Shown: positions 1 through 10,848 of the stretch, one piece after another
How the letters are laid out: every line of letters starts with the position of its first letter
Position numbering within the stretch: position 1 is the first letter of the stretch
The notes under the pieces: generated by a model
Database searches by the model: none
The model's input: only the letters and a program-made list of their open reading frames with translations
Told to the model about the DNA's origin: nothing
NCBI GenBank assembly: GCA_029856435.1
Contig: JAHQXB010000055.1
Coordinates: forward strand, 1 to 24,000
Direction of reading: 5' to 3'
DNA length: 24,000 nucleotides
Source: Candidatus Jordarchaeia archaeon
GTDB lineage: Archaea > Asgardarchaeota > Jordiarchaeia > Jordiarchaeales > Jordiarchaeaceae
Program-made: the position numbers and the translations under genes

Positions 1-241
1 TAAATGATTCGTTTTTTCTTCTACTGTTTTGCAAAAGTGGTGGAAGGCGGTTTTTTAAATCATAGAATAAAAAGTCTTGTTAGATAAACAAAAATATAAT
101 GAATTTAAAATTGCCTTAGCCCTAGAAAATGGGCAATTCTCCAATGTTAGAGTGTTGATTGAAAAGGTATACGAAACTTAAATATAAAACATGCTATTTC
201 ATAAGAATATGTAGGAGGATATAGAATGGAGGTGTGTATTT

Positions 242-934
242 TTGGACGTTTTTGAAGCCATTTATACGAGACGTTCGATTAGGCAGTTTAAAGTTGGTGA
301 AAAGATACCTGAATGGAAAATTGAGAAAATATTGGATGCTGCGCGTCATGCACCATCACCCGAGAATGTACAGGCTTGGAAGTACATTGTCATAAAGGAT
401 CAGAAATCAAAAGAACTTTTGGCAGACTTAGCTCAGGAAACCTCTTCAGGGGCCTTTGGGATGTCAAGATTTGAGATGCCGGCAGACCGATTATGGTATG
501 TGCCTCCACCAGCAAGAGTAGATACCGTTGAGGGTATGTTTGACGGCTCTCTCTTCAGATATCCAGAAATATCGGACACTGTAATTCTTTGTTGCTACTC
601 GGACCACTACTACGATTTGCCCACTATACCTGGTTCAATAAAGGAAATTAACATTGCTGCGCTAAGTATGGCAATACAGAATATGTGGCTTGCAGCTACC
701 GCATTGGGTGTTGGGGCTGGTTGGGACAGTTTCCCCGTTATTGGCGATGAGAGGCGGCGTGAAATGGTTTCAGACTATTTCGGCATTCCTAAGGGTTGGA
801 CGCCTCTGACTGCATTCTGTTTGGGTGTTCCCTTGTATCCAAGAGTGCTAGGTCCCACAAGATATCCAATGGAAGGAGTTGTCTTCAGAGAAGCATGGGG
901 CATCCCATATATTAGGAGTGAGTTAAGAAGGTAA
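242..934 (+). CDS. Nitroreductase-family FMN oxidoreductase
   Basis: 230-aa ORF with a TTG start 7 nt after GGAGGTG (228-234). The N-terminal AIYTRRSIRQF and HAPSPENVQAW motifs are typical of the nitroreductase fold. Confidence 0.8.
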   Translation: MDVFEAIYTRRSIRQFKVGEKIPEWKIEKILDAARHAPSPENVQAWKYIVIKDQKSKELLADLAQETSSGAFGMSRFEMPADRLWYVPPPARVDTVEGMFDGSLFRYPEISDTVILCCYSDHYYDLPTIPGSIKEINIAALSMAIQNMWLAATALGVGAGWDSFPVIGDERRREMVSDYFGIPKGWTPLTAFCLGVPLYPRVLGPTRYPMEGVVFREAWGIPYIRSELRR

Positions 935-948
935 AGGAGGATTCTGTT

Positions 949-1248
949 ATGCCTTTAACAGTTGATTTGGATGACGATGTTCAAAAGAAGTTTAACGAAA
1001 TTGCTAAGAAGGGTGAAATGTCGCCTGAATCGCTCGCGAAGTATGTGCTCACTTTATGGACTATTAGAGGCGGTGGTGTGGTTCTCGGCAGAAAGAAGGG
1101 CGAGAGACAGCGGGTAGCCATTGATTGGCCTACGGGATTTGACCTGCTCAACAAATCAGGAGATATTTTAACACATATTCCCAAGACTAAGGGTGTATTT
1201 TCTGTTTCGGTTTTAGATAAGGACTGGACTACTTATGGAGGGAAGTGA
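949..1248 (+). CDS. Small ribbon-helix-helix (CopG/Arc-like) protein
   Basis: 99-aa ORF with an ATG preceded by AGGAGG (935-940). The N-terminus (LTVDLDDDVQKKFNEIAKKGEMSPESLAKYVL) has a beta-strand/helix/helix pattern. The function is not established. Confidence 0.45.
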   Translation: MPLTVDLDDDVQKKFNEIAKKGEMSPESLAKYVLTLWTIRGGGVVLGRKKGERQRVAIDWPTGFDLLNKSGDILTHIPKTKGVFSVSVLDKDWTTYGGK

Positions 1249-1499
1249 ATATGAGTGAGTGGCTTGGCAAAAGGGAAATTAAGAAAGAGGATCTTTCAGA
1301 GTGGCTTAAGGACATGAAGTTCTTTGGATCTGTTGCCCGCTGGTTTACGCAGATTAATTTACCGCACATTGTTGTAGTTGTGCCTGAAGAGTATATTGAT
1401 GCCTTGGTGAAAAAAGTTGAGGAAAAATACGGCACACTGTCTGCAGGTACACTTAAGAGAGCTGCTTTAGATGCTTTAATTGAATGGATTAAAAAGTGA
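1245..1499 (+). CDS. Small hypothetical protein, possible C-terminal RHH-like segment
   Basis: 84-aa ORF whose GTG start (or ATG at 1251) overlaps the upstream stop, suggesting translational coupling. The segment HIVVVVPEEYIDALVKK...LKRAALDALIEWI resembles an RHH. Confidence 0.4.
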   Translation: MNMSEWLGKREIKKEDLSEWLKDMKFFGSVARWFTQINLPHIVVVVPEEYIDALVKKVEEKYGTLSAGTLKRAALDALIEWIKK

Positions 1500-1514
1500 T
1501 TGTGGGGAGATTGT

Positions 1515-1886
1515 ATGGCGGACGTAAAAAAGATTATTGAAGGTTTTAAAAATCTGGTAGATGCCATCAACAAGAGTGATTCGGCGAAGAGTATCCTAAG
1601 AAATTGGCTTAAAGGATACGTAGGTAGAATTCACATGTTTGAAATTGATGATAGAAAGTTCCACATTATTTTTTGGCCAGATAAGGCTAAGTTTGTTGAT
1701 GGGGAGAGTCACACACCAGACTTGGTGATTCGCGCAACAGCCGACGCTTGGACCGATATGGTTACTGGTAAGAAAAAGTGGTCAGACCTTCTTGGGGAAG
1801 GTACGTTGTTTATCATCGGTGCAGCAAACGAAATCCAGCCTTTTATACAGATTGCTATGACTGCTGGAGTTATACCTTCAGGCTAG
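1515..1886 (+). CDS. SCP2 (sterol-carrier-protein-2)-like domain protein
   Basis: The ORF track starts at 1500 (TTG). I prefer the ATG at 1515, which lies 5 nt after GGGGAGA. The sequence DLVIRATADAWTDMVTGKKKWSDLLGEGTLFIIG matches the SCP2 pattern (alkyl-binding fold). Confidence 0.55.
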   Translation: MADVKKIIEGFKNLVDAINKSDSAKSILRNWLKGYVGRIHMFEIDDRKFHIIFWPDKAKFVDGESHTPDLVIRATADAWTDMVTGKKKWSDLLGEGTLFIIGAANEIQPFIQIAMTAGVIPSG

Positions 1887-2080
1887 TGGCCCCACTATTT
1901 TTTTCTTTTTTGCGTTTGTGTGTTCATTCCGATCCTAATTAGCATTGGAGAATATTATGCAATAGCTTAATTCCTTTAGAGCTGTTCAAGTGTATTCGTT
2001 TTTCAACCCTAAACCTTAAAAGTTTTGTTCAATTTATTCTATTGCGTATTATCTGGTAATAATTAATTTGGAGATGGTTT

Positions 2081-3091
2081 ATGCACGTTTTGAAGCCTGT
2101 TTATCATATTGTACGCCCTTTGCTTTCCCTTATTCCCGTCGGTAGTTTTACAATTGGGATTATTGTGTCTTTGTTTGACCCTTTTACGTGGAGCCTTTAT
2201 AGAGATAGTTCTGTTCTTATGATTTTTATTTTATCAGTTCTCTCCCTTCCTGTCTTTTTATTATCTTATTTGGCTGTATTTCTTTTAGGAATTTCTAGTT
2301 CCAGCTTGAACTCATTAGTGGATGCTAGGGATTGCGATTTAAGAGGGTTTAGAAAGGATTACCAGAATCCGGTTGTTTATTGTGGAGTGCCTCCCTTATA
2401 TATGAAAATTATTATTATTTTTTGCTCCGTCGCCAGCCTTGTAATAGGTTTTTACATTTCACTTATATTCGCAGTTATGATTTTTTTTGGGAATTTGATT
2501 TCTATATCCTACTCGTATTATCCTAGGATTAAGGTACGTCCTCCTTTTGATGTTTTATGGAACGCTATTGGTCTTTTTACTTTACCTTTTATTGCGGGTT
2601 GGGTTGTCTATCACGGTTCACCTGAGGCTTTGGCTCATTCGTATCTTACAAATGTTATCCTGTTTTATTTTTTAGGAGTAAGAAATATTGTTGGTGTACT
2701 AGTTTTTATACTATTGGTTAAAACCTTTTGGTTTCCTCTTTTTGAGCTGTTTGGCGGTACTTTAATTGGTGGCGCCTTTTACATTTTGACTGCTACTTTA
2801 GATTATGAAAGTGATAGTGAGACAGGCAACAAAACTATTAGTATTATTTTGGGTAAACGTTACTCGATTCTGCTCAGTCTTGCATTGTACCTTTTTGGAG
2901 CATTGATTATGTTTGAACATTTGATTTTTGATTTGGGAACAGTGGTTCTCTTTTTTTTAATAGCATTTTTTATGGTGTATCTAGTCATCAAACCTGAAAA
3001 ACTGTATGTGTGGAATTTTCTAAAGCTGACTTTAATGGCAACGCTAATTCTCATTTGTGCGGAAATAATTGTAAGGATTTGCATTTCTTAA
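2081..3091 (+). CDS. UbiA-superfamily prenyltransferase-like polytopic membrane protein
   Basis: 336 aa and very hydrophobic, with multiple predicted TM segments. The second Asp-rich motif DYESDSETGNKTISIILG closely resembles the MenA/UbiA D-x-E-x-D-xxx-G-xx-T-xxxx-LG motif. The first motif, NSLVDARDCD, is only a degenerate N-xxx-D-xxx-D. Confidence 0.6.
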   Translation: MHVLKPVYHIVRPLLSLIPVGSFTIGIIVSLFDPFTWSLYRDSSVLMIFILSVLSLPVFLLSYLAVFLLGISSSSLNSLVDARDCDLRGFRKDYQNPVVYCGVPPLYMKIIIIFCSVASLVIGFYISLIFAVMIFFGNLISISYSYYPRIKVRPPFDVLWNAIGLFTLPFIAGWVVYHGSPEALAHSYLTNVILFYFLGVRNIVGVLVFILLVKTFWFPLFELFGGTLIGGAFYILTATLDYESDSETGNKTISIILGKRYSILLSLALYLFGALIMFEHLIFDLGTVVLFFLIAFFMVYLVIKPEKLYVWNFLKLTLMATLILICAEIIVRICIS

Positions 3092-3509
3092 AACTGAGAA
3101 TCCCTTCTTGTTAAAATGTTAAACCTTGTTTTCGCATATTTGCCCTAATAAGGAAATCTAGCTAAAAAATGTGAGTGGTTATACCAAGCATTGACAACAT
3201 CAAATGAAGAGGTGAGAGTTAAAATTTTCTTCAATATTGCGTAAAACTCAAAGAGTGCGTAGATATAAAATGTTTTTTTAGATTATGGAGGAGGGTGTTT
3301 AAATATTGCTAATCGAAATCTACTAATGAAATTTTACAAAATCGTTGGCGAGAAAGTATCCAAGTTAAGGGTGGTATAAAAGTTGCTATAGATGATGTTA
3401 CTATAGTTGAGAGTTCATAAGTGAAATTTGGGATTTTTTCGAGATTTGAGAAATGGACACAAAATGTGAATAATTATGTAAAGAGATTAAAAATTGGTGT
3501 TTAAAGTTT

Positions 3510-6443
3510 ATGCTTGTTAGCTGGGATGTAATTATGTCTCTGACATTTTCAATGTACGAATTATTATTGGAGTTGATCCTTTTAACGATTATAATATCCT
3601 GTTTTGCTTTTTCCTTATATACTATTAGTAGAGATTCTCTCCATGTTCTTTCTCGTGGAATTTATGCGAAGGGAATCCGCTATAAGTTTATCATATGTCT
3701 TAGAGTTTCAAATATCCCTAAGGAAGATGCAAAGATGCAAAGGCAGGGCACACCGGAAAATTCAGACAATGTTGCTCAATACGTGCATCAGCACTTAACC
3801 TCGATGTGGAAAAATGTTAAGGAAGCAAGTTATGAGATACATGTAAGAGAAGAGGGTGTGGAAATTTACTTCTATGCTCACCATAGTGGATTTAAAGGCG
3901 AGAAATGTTTTAAAGAGGCTTGGAAAAAGATGCACTCTTTAAAAATCAGTCTTGAGACACGTTTTCCAAATATCGAAACAAAAATCCAAGAATTTGAGGA
4001 TCTGAAAAAAAGGTTTGACATTTTTGATTTTACATCTAAAATGAAGATCAAAAAAAACTTTGTAATTTTTAACAGTAATGGGTCAGAAACTTGGGTGAGC
4101 GTCACTCATATTAAAGGAAAAATAGAATGCACCCCCCAAGAAAAGTACTCTCAGATAGATAGCCTTGTTAGAGGTTTAACAAGGTTGGGAATGGACGCCC
4201 ACTTTATTGTACATTTCAAAGCAGTTAAACCCCCAAAAACAAAAAATATTACTTCTATAAATAAGAAGTTGAAGACCCCTAAGGGAGAAGTTCTTATACA
4301 AATAAATGAAGATAAATTGGATGAAAGGGAAAAGGAAATCGGGCATATTGCAGGTTATTGGGACGTTTCCTCGTATGTTGTCATCAAAACTAATACTGAG
4401 AAAGAAGCTGAAATTCGAGCTATTCAAGTCAAAAACATTTTAAATACAGTTTATTCAGGATCTCACTACAGTCCCCATATAAAAACAATGAGCGGAAGAG
4501 AAATAAAAAGAAAATTGAAGCAAATTGTTTTACGCAAATCTGTGGGCAAAACAGAGAAAATGGCAAGTACGCGACTAGCGGCGTTAACACATTTTCCTGA
4601 AAGGCCAGTACCGGGCATTGAGACTTTTGAATGCCCAGAGTTCGAAATACCTCCACAAACAATATTTAACTATTATAAGGGTATACCAATTTCCTACGTA
4701 CTGTACAAAGATCGCGAAATTTTTACCTGTATGCTGGATCCAGAAGATCTAAGATGTGGTCTTGCAGTTTTAGGTACAGTGGGGAGCGGGAAAACATATT
4801 TCGTAATGAACCTCATTGACAAGTTGCTTAGAGAGAAACAGCTACCGATGCTAATATTTGAAAGCAAGGGTGAATTCGCCGGGCTTGCTAAATTGTTGCC
4901 TCCAGAAATTGCGAAAAATATACTCATAATCTGTCCGGGTAGTAAATTTGCACCCTTAAAAATTAATCTATTTGATCCGGGTGATATGGATGCTGAAGAT
5001 TATGCTCAAAGGTTGTATGGTCTAATAGATGAAACACTTCGTTCACTTTTTCGTATAGACAGTGATCTCTCACTGCAGATGTCAAGGGTATTGTGTGAGG
5101 TGTTACCCCAAGTAATAAAAGAAGAGAGATACAGAAACTTTGATGCCTTAGGTAAACTACTTAGTGATTATGCTGAGAGTAAGAGGCAAACTGTGCCTTT
5201 CGTTGATAGCACTATACTTGCTTTAGACGCTCGCTTAGGAGTTTTTCGTCAAGGAATTCTGGGTAGTGTTTTTAATGTGAATAAGAGCAATATTAGCCTT
5301 GACGACCTCCTGAAGAAGGTAATTGTGATAGATTTTAGTTATTTACTATCGCAAGGAGGAACTAAGGAAGATACACAGATTATTATGAATCTCATTATGC
5401 TCCAAGTTTTTCAGGCTGGATTAAGAAGAATAAATGTAGAAGAATTAAAGCACTTAGTTGTAGTGGACGATGCCCGTTTTCTAGTTCCTGAAATATTTAG
5501 ACGCCGCAGTAGTGGAGATACTACCATAGTTGAAGATATGATTACAATTGAACGAGGAAAAGGACAAGGCTTAATTCTGATATGTCAAGATCCTGCAATA
5601 TCAAAAGTGGTCCTTGCTAATTGTAACACTCGTGTCGTTTTTCGAATAGCATTTAAGTCTCTAGAAGAGGAAGAATACATTAGATTGGGGCTAAATATTA
5701 CAGATACACAGAAGAGCCATCTGGTCGCTCAACCTAGGCGGGAAGCAATTATGAAATTAGCCGAATACCCCTATCCCTTCAGGATTAGAACACTAAACTA
5801 TCATTGCCCAAAAATTACCTTCCAAGATATAGAAGAACACAATAGGAAACATCACAAAGAATTATATGTTGATGAAGAAATAGAACAAGAAAAGATCTGT
5901 GAACTTGAGTTAAGTCGAGATGAAAAAAATATTCATGAAATTTTATCTTGGATATTAACCCACGAATATATCACAGTTGACACCGCAAAAGAACTAGTTA
6001 AACTGGACTACTTTAAGACTCGCGAATTGTTAGACGCCCTGCATAAGGGAAATGAACTTTTTAAAACAACATACTTTTCTCCTATAAGTGGAAAACAAAT
6101 ACTCTACCATACAAATGACAATGCTTTTCTAGCATTTATGGGTGATGAATTGAGGAAATTCGCATTAAATAATAAACTCGACGCCCCAGTACAAATATTA
6201 AAAAAATGTGAAAAAAGCAAAATAATTAAAGAAGTCTCCTCGCCTGAATTTAAAGAGGGGGTAATAGTAACTTTTGAAGGAAAAACAGCGACCCAAATCA
6301 AAGAATGGTTGAAGGAGAAGAGCAATTATAAAATAATTAGCTTTACTGAGAAGGGACTCCGAGAATTAAAAACATTTATCGAAAAATTAAAAAATAGAAA
6401 CAATAGGTTCCGTTTTATCGCCATAGAGCGAATAGTTAACTAA
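3510..6443 (+). CDS. Membrane-anchored FtsK/HerA-superfamily P-loop ATPase with C-terminal winged-helix-like region
   Basis: 977-aa ORF. It has an N-terminal hydrophobic helix (LLLELILLTIIISCFAFSLY) and Walker A GTVGSGKT (4773-4796). It also has Walker B HLVVVDDARF and the HerA/VirB4-like stretch RGKGQGLILICQDPAISKVVLANCNTRVVFRI. Residues ~70-400 have no motif I recognise. Confidence 0.75.
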   Translation: MLVSWDVIMSLTFSMYELLLELILLTIIISCFAFSLYTISRDSLHVLSRGIYAKGIRYKFIICLRVSNIPKEDAKMQRQGTPENSDNVAQYVHQHLTSMWKNVKEASYEIHVREEGVEIYFYAHHSGFKGEKCFKEAWKKMHSLKISLETRFPNIETKIQEFEDLKKRFDIFDFTSKMKIKKNFVIFNSNGSETWVSVTHIKGKIECTPQEKYSQIDSLVRGLTRLGMDAHFIVHFKAVKPPKTKNITSINKKLKTPKGEVLIQINEDKLDEREKEIGHIAGYWDVSSYVVIKTNTEKEAEIRAIQVKNILNTVYSGSHYSPHIKTMSGREIKRKLKQIVLRKSVGKTEKMASTRLAALTHFPERPVPGIETFECPEFEIPPQTIFNYYKGIPISYVLYKDREIFTCMLDPEDLRCGLAVLGTVGSGKTYFVMNLIDKLLREKQLPMLIFESKGEFAGLAKLLPPEIAKNILIICPGSKFAPLKINLFDPGDMDAEDYAQRLYGLIDETLRSLFRIDSDLSLQMSRVLCEVLPQVIKEERYRNFDALGKLLSDYAESKRQTVPFVDSTILALDARLGVFRQGILGSVFNVNKSNISLDDLLKKVIVIDFSYLLSQGGTKEDTQIIMNLIMLQVFQAGLRRINVEELKHLVVVDDARFLVPEIFRRRSSGDTTIVEDMITIERGKGQGLILICQDPAISKVVLANCNTRVVFRIAFKSLEEEEYIRLGLNITDTQKSHLVAQPRREAIMKLAEYPYPFRIRTLNYHCPKITFQDIEEHNRKHHKELYVDEEIEQEKICELELSRDEKNIHEILSWILTHEYITVDTAKELVKLDYFKTRELLDALHKGNELFKTTYFSPISGKQILYHTNDNAFLAFMGDELRKFALNNKLDAPVQILKKCEKSKIIKEVSSPEFKEGVIVTFEGKTATQIKEWLKEKSNYKIISFTEKGLRELKTFIEKLKNRNNRFRFIAIERIVN

Positions 6444-6525
6444 TCTTATTGACCCTCCATGCTACTAAAGTCGGGACCTTCTCACCAATGATTTTGTGAT
6501 ACTCCCGTAAATTATCGCAATTTGA

Positions 6526-6653
6526 AAAGCGCTTTGCGCAGTGTAGATTCGTTCGATTTCGCCTTCGAAAGAAGCTTTCATAGGGCTTCTTTTATGATTT
6601 AAGAGCCTCGAAATGAGGGGTAGAATCGGACTAATCTACACCACCAGCGCTTT
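6526..6653. repeat. About 128-nt long imperfect palindrome/hairpin (candidate structured ncRNA or MITE-like element)
   Basis: 6541-6558 (GTGTAGATTCGTTCGATT) pairs with 6624-6641 (AATCGGACTAATCTACAC): 17 of 18 positions pair, one of them a G-U. The outer stem is 6526-6533 AAAGCGCT with 6646-6653 AGCGCTTT. The apical stem is 6568-6575 with 6585-6592. The element lies in the convergent intergenic region between the ATPase gene and pgk. Confidence 0.4.
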
Positions 6654-6897
6654 GAAAAATTAATTTTTATGAAGGAGCAACTTTATAATACCCAAATTCA
6701 TCACCCAATGAGTCATTTACCTGAAAATATTTTTTAGTTAAATGGGAAACACGTTATAAATTAAAAATATTATGAGGGATAATCAAAAGGGGGAAATGAC
6801 AAAAAGGTCAAAAATTTTGATCTAATTAGAAAATCCGATAGAATGTTTAAGTAATCTGAAACCAAATTAGTTCTTGATTCTATGATTTGATAGAAGT

Positions 6898-8127
6898 TTA
6901 ACTGTGTTTATACGCCCTTTTTAAAGCTTCAATTCCTGGTAACTCCTCTTTGGTCAGAAAGCTTATGAATGCTTTACCTGCAGTGCTTATATAGGATACT
7001 TTGCTAGCTAAGCCAAATTTTTCTAGCGCTGCTATTGTATGCCCCCCACCAACGAGGGAGAACGCCTTTGAGTTTGCAACTGCCTCAAGAAGTTTATGTG
7101 TTCCTATTTCAAATGGAGGCTCTTCGTATACTCCCGCTGGACCATTGAAAACAATGGTATTGGCGTCCTTCAATATTTTGGTATATTCCTCTATTGTTTT
7201 GCTGCCAATATCCTTAATTGGTCTATTTAAGGGTAATTTGTCGATGGGGATCTCTAAGCGTTTTCCACCGTCATCAACGGCAACATCTTTTATCATTTCA
7301 ATTATGTTGTTGTGTTCATCTAAAAGTTTTTGAACCTCGGGGATTTTTTCTATCAGTCCTTTGGAAGAAATCATTTCTTTATTTACTTCTCCTATATCAA
7401 TGCCTTCGGCTAGAAGACATAGGTAAGAGATTATACCGATAGGTAAGATTCTGTCTGCGTTTTTGATATCCAAAACTTTTTTCATTATTTGATAACTATC
7501 CTCAGCTTTCATTCCGCCCAAGACATATACTGATGGTCTTTTAGGATTCTCTGTGGCATTGAGAATCGAGTTGACCTCTTGTTCCATGACTCTTCCAGCG
7601 GCAGAGGGTAAGACATATGTAAAACCGACAATAGAGGTATGATTTCTGTGAGCCGCTGAAAAGGCGTCATTAACGTATATGTCTGATACGCGCGAAAGTT
7701 GCTGAACCATAGGTGAATTGATTTGTTCTTTTACAGTCTTCGCACCGGTTTCCTCATCACAGAAGCGTACATTCTCCAGTAACAGTATTTCCCCACTTTT
7801 CATACTTTTTATTTGGTTTATAACTTTTTCACCATAAACTTCATTAATGTATTTCACGGGTCTATTCAAAATTTCGCTAAGCAACTTTCCGTGTTGTTCC
7901 AAGGGTAAGAAGTCATCGTCACCCCTTCGTCCTTGATGCGCCAGAACAACAATCTTTGCACCATTATTCGCCAGCTCTAGCAAGGTTTTTGCATGTGCTG
8001 TAAATCGCCTAGTATCAGTAATTTTTTTTGTCCCAAGATCTATAGGAGAGTTGATGTCAACTCGAACAAGCACCGTCTTGTCTTTAAATTCGAAATCGTC
8101 AAGTGTGTAAAATTTTTTCTCAGCCAC
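6898..8127 (-). CDS. pgk: Phosphoglycerate kinase (archaeal type)
   Basis: 409 aa with a GTG start. The sequence is PGK-like along its full length: LVRVDINSP, AHQGRRGDDDF, NVRF, and GGGHT near the C-terminus. Confidence 0.93.
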   Translation of the reverse strand: MAEKKFYTLDDFEFKDKTVLVRVDINSPIDLGTKKITDTRRFTAHAKTLLELANNGAKIVVLAHQGRRGDDDFLPLEQHGKLLSEILNRPVKYINEVYGEKVINQIKSMKSGEILLLENVRFCDEETGAKTVKEQINSPMVQQLSRVSDIYVNDAFSAAHRNHTSIVGFTYVLPSAAGRVMEQEVNSILNATENPKRPSVYVLGGMKAEDSYQIMKKVLDIKNADRILPIGIISYLCLLAEGIDIGEVNKEMISSKGLIEKIPEVQKLLDEHNNIIEMIKDVAVDDGGKRLEIPIDKLPLNRPIKDIGSKTIEEYTKILKDANTIVFNGPAGVYEEPPFEIGTHKLLEAVANSKAFSLVGGGHTIAALEKFGLASKVSYISTAGKAFISFLTKEELPGIEALKRAYKHS

Positions 8128-8288
8128 TTGAAGCTCCCCTTTTTGATTAAGACAAAATTACGTCTCGCTCATCTATTATAAAAAGTTTATTAGGCGCTCA
8201 AACAAAAACTATTATTTCAAAAATCTTCTTATAACTAAAAATACAAATAATAAATCTATTATTGCATTGCCTTTTAATTTAATACTCA

Positions 8289-8843
8289 TTAGAAGCAAGT
8301 TTTTCTGAGAACCCTCTTTTTCTTTGGTCTCCAATATTTCCACTTAGTATCCCAGGATTTCCAGCCCGTTTTAACATATTTTTCCCTGCTCCCCAAATCC
8401 TCCATGACCCAGTTTATCAAGGCATAAAATCTATCACGCCCACTCTTCAAAGTCAAGGTCTCCCTTGGTACTCCCAATTCCGCATAATAATCCAAAAGGG
8501 AGTTTTCAATTAATTCTTGTAATTTTCCTTCAATACGTGTTGGTTTCACTTTGTAGCCCTCCTCCATAAGGGTCAGGCGAATCTCGCTCAAGACTGATCC
8601 AGTACAAATCTCTATCTCCTCCTCCTTAGAAACCTTAAGCTCCTCTAAAGCTTTCTTTGCTAATTTGAGGGCCTCCTTAAGATATGTTTTCCTATCAAAA
8701 TTGGGAGGGCGGAAATGAATAACATCAATCAATTTAACAACATATTCGCCTGTTTCCTTCCTGAAAAAACCTAATAAACAGCCGCCTACGAGATCCCCCC
8801 ATCCAGCATCATCAATTTGAATAACCATGAAAACCACACTCAA
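8289..8843 (-). CDS. Hypothetical protein with N-terminal IDDAGWGD motif (RNase HII-like DEAGxG resemblance only)
   Basis: 184-aa ORF with purine-rich coding-strand composition like its neighbours and a basic, Trp-rich C-terminus. I recognise no family. Confidence 0.5.
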   Translation of the reverse strand: MSVVFMVIQIDDAGWGDLVGGCLLGFFRKETGEYVVKLIDVIHFRPPNFDRKTYLKEALKLAKKALEELKVSKEEEIEICTGSVLSEIRLTLMEEGYKVKPTRIEGKLQELIENSLLDYYAELGVPRETLTLKSGRDRFYALINWVMEDLGSREKYVKTGWKSWDTKWKYWRPKKKRVLRKTCF

Positions 8844-8940
8844 AACTTAAATAATTTAATATATAAATTAAACTGTATTGTTTGTCTCTTACCAAACTGT
8901 TTTATCCAAAAAATTTTTGGTGGTTAACTGCCAAAAATAA

Positions 8941-9996
<1,056 letters not shown>

Positions 9997-10335
9997 TCAT
10001 ACATAACTGCATTAAAAACGAACTTCCCTTTCACTTTTTCCGGCTGGTTCAAATATTGAAAGTATCCTCTTGAATCCGTCCTTTCTTGGGTTAGACTCAC
10101 AAACTAAGAAAACAACAATATATAGAAAAACTATAATAAATGAAATATTAAACAACTAAAAAATAAAACTTAAGGCTTCATTCCATACAAGTAACGAAAT
10201 ACGAAGATAAAACTTCCATAATACGATACAAAGAATAGTTGAATCCTACTCTATACAGTGGCTAAAACTAGTGACACTTTTAAGTTAGGTAAATGAAAAA
10301 TTGTATAAAGGGATATACAATTAATCCGGCAGAAG

Positions 10336-10848
10336 TTAAGCCATTAGCAGCGTACGAATCAATCTGCTACGCAAAATACCTTTCTTACTTAACTGGGATA
10401 GATCTTTGAAAAGCTTAATTTTGATGTATTCCTCGCCGCCAGGCAAGTTTGCGTATCTCTTATATTCTTGGAAAAATTCCGTAAAATCGCTTACGCTTGC
10501 CAGTTTAGATTCGATCCCGGGAGAAATTCTTATCAGTGCATCAGGATCTGAGGCTCTTCCACCAACTATCCTAAAAGACTGCACACCACTTTTAATCATA
10601 TAGAACAAGTTTCCTCCAGTATTAAATTGAAGTGTAATGTCTTCAACATTTTTACTTGCCTCAATCATTTCTGGAGAAGCCAACCTTTCTTGTAGCCACC
10701 CCATCAAGTTTGCTTTTTCAAGGCAAGAATTAATAGGCGTAACATCTTTATTAGTTTCTTTAGTTAATGGTTTGAGAATAGTGCTCTTGGTATAACTAGT
10801 TTCAACGTTATTCTCTGATTGGCCCTTAAATACTTTTAATATTCTCAA
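10336..10848 (-). CDS. Hypothetical protein, weak SCP2-like resemblance
   Basis: 170-aa ORF with a TTG start (an internal ATG at MGWLQERL is also possible). The C-terminal 110 aa loosely follow the SCP2 pattern (ITLQFNTGG...DALIRISP...). The functional call is weak. Confidence 0.4.
   Translation of the reverse strand: MRILKVFKGQSENNVETSYTKSTILKPLTKETNKDVTPINSCLEKANLMGWLQERLASPEMIEASKNVEDITLQFNTGGNLFYMIKSGVQSFRIVGGRASDPDALIRISPGIESKLASVSDFTEFFQEYKRYANLPGGEEYIKIKLFKDLSQLSKKGILRSRLIRTLLMA

Noticed and set aside
2081-6443. Ced/Ted-like DNA import system (polytopic membrane protein plus VirB4/HerA-like ATPase)
   Set aside because: The membrane protein carries a UbiA/MenA-type DxxxDxxxGxxT motif, so it is more likely a prenyltransferase. 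The genes are separated by 418 nt, and there are no small CedA1/A2-like partners.
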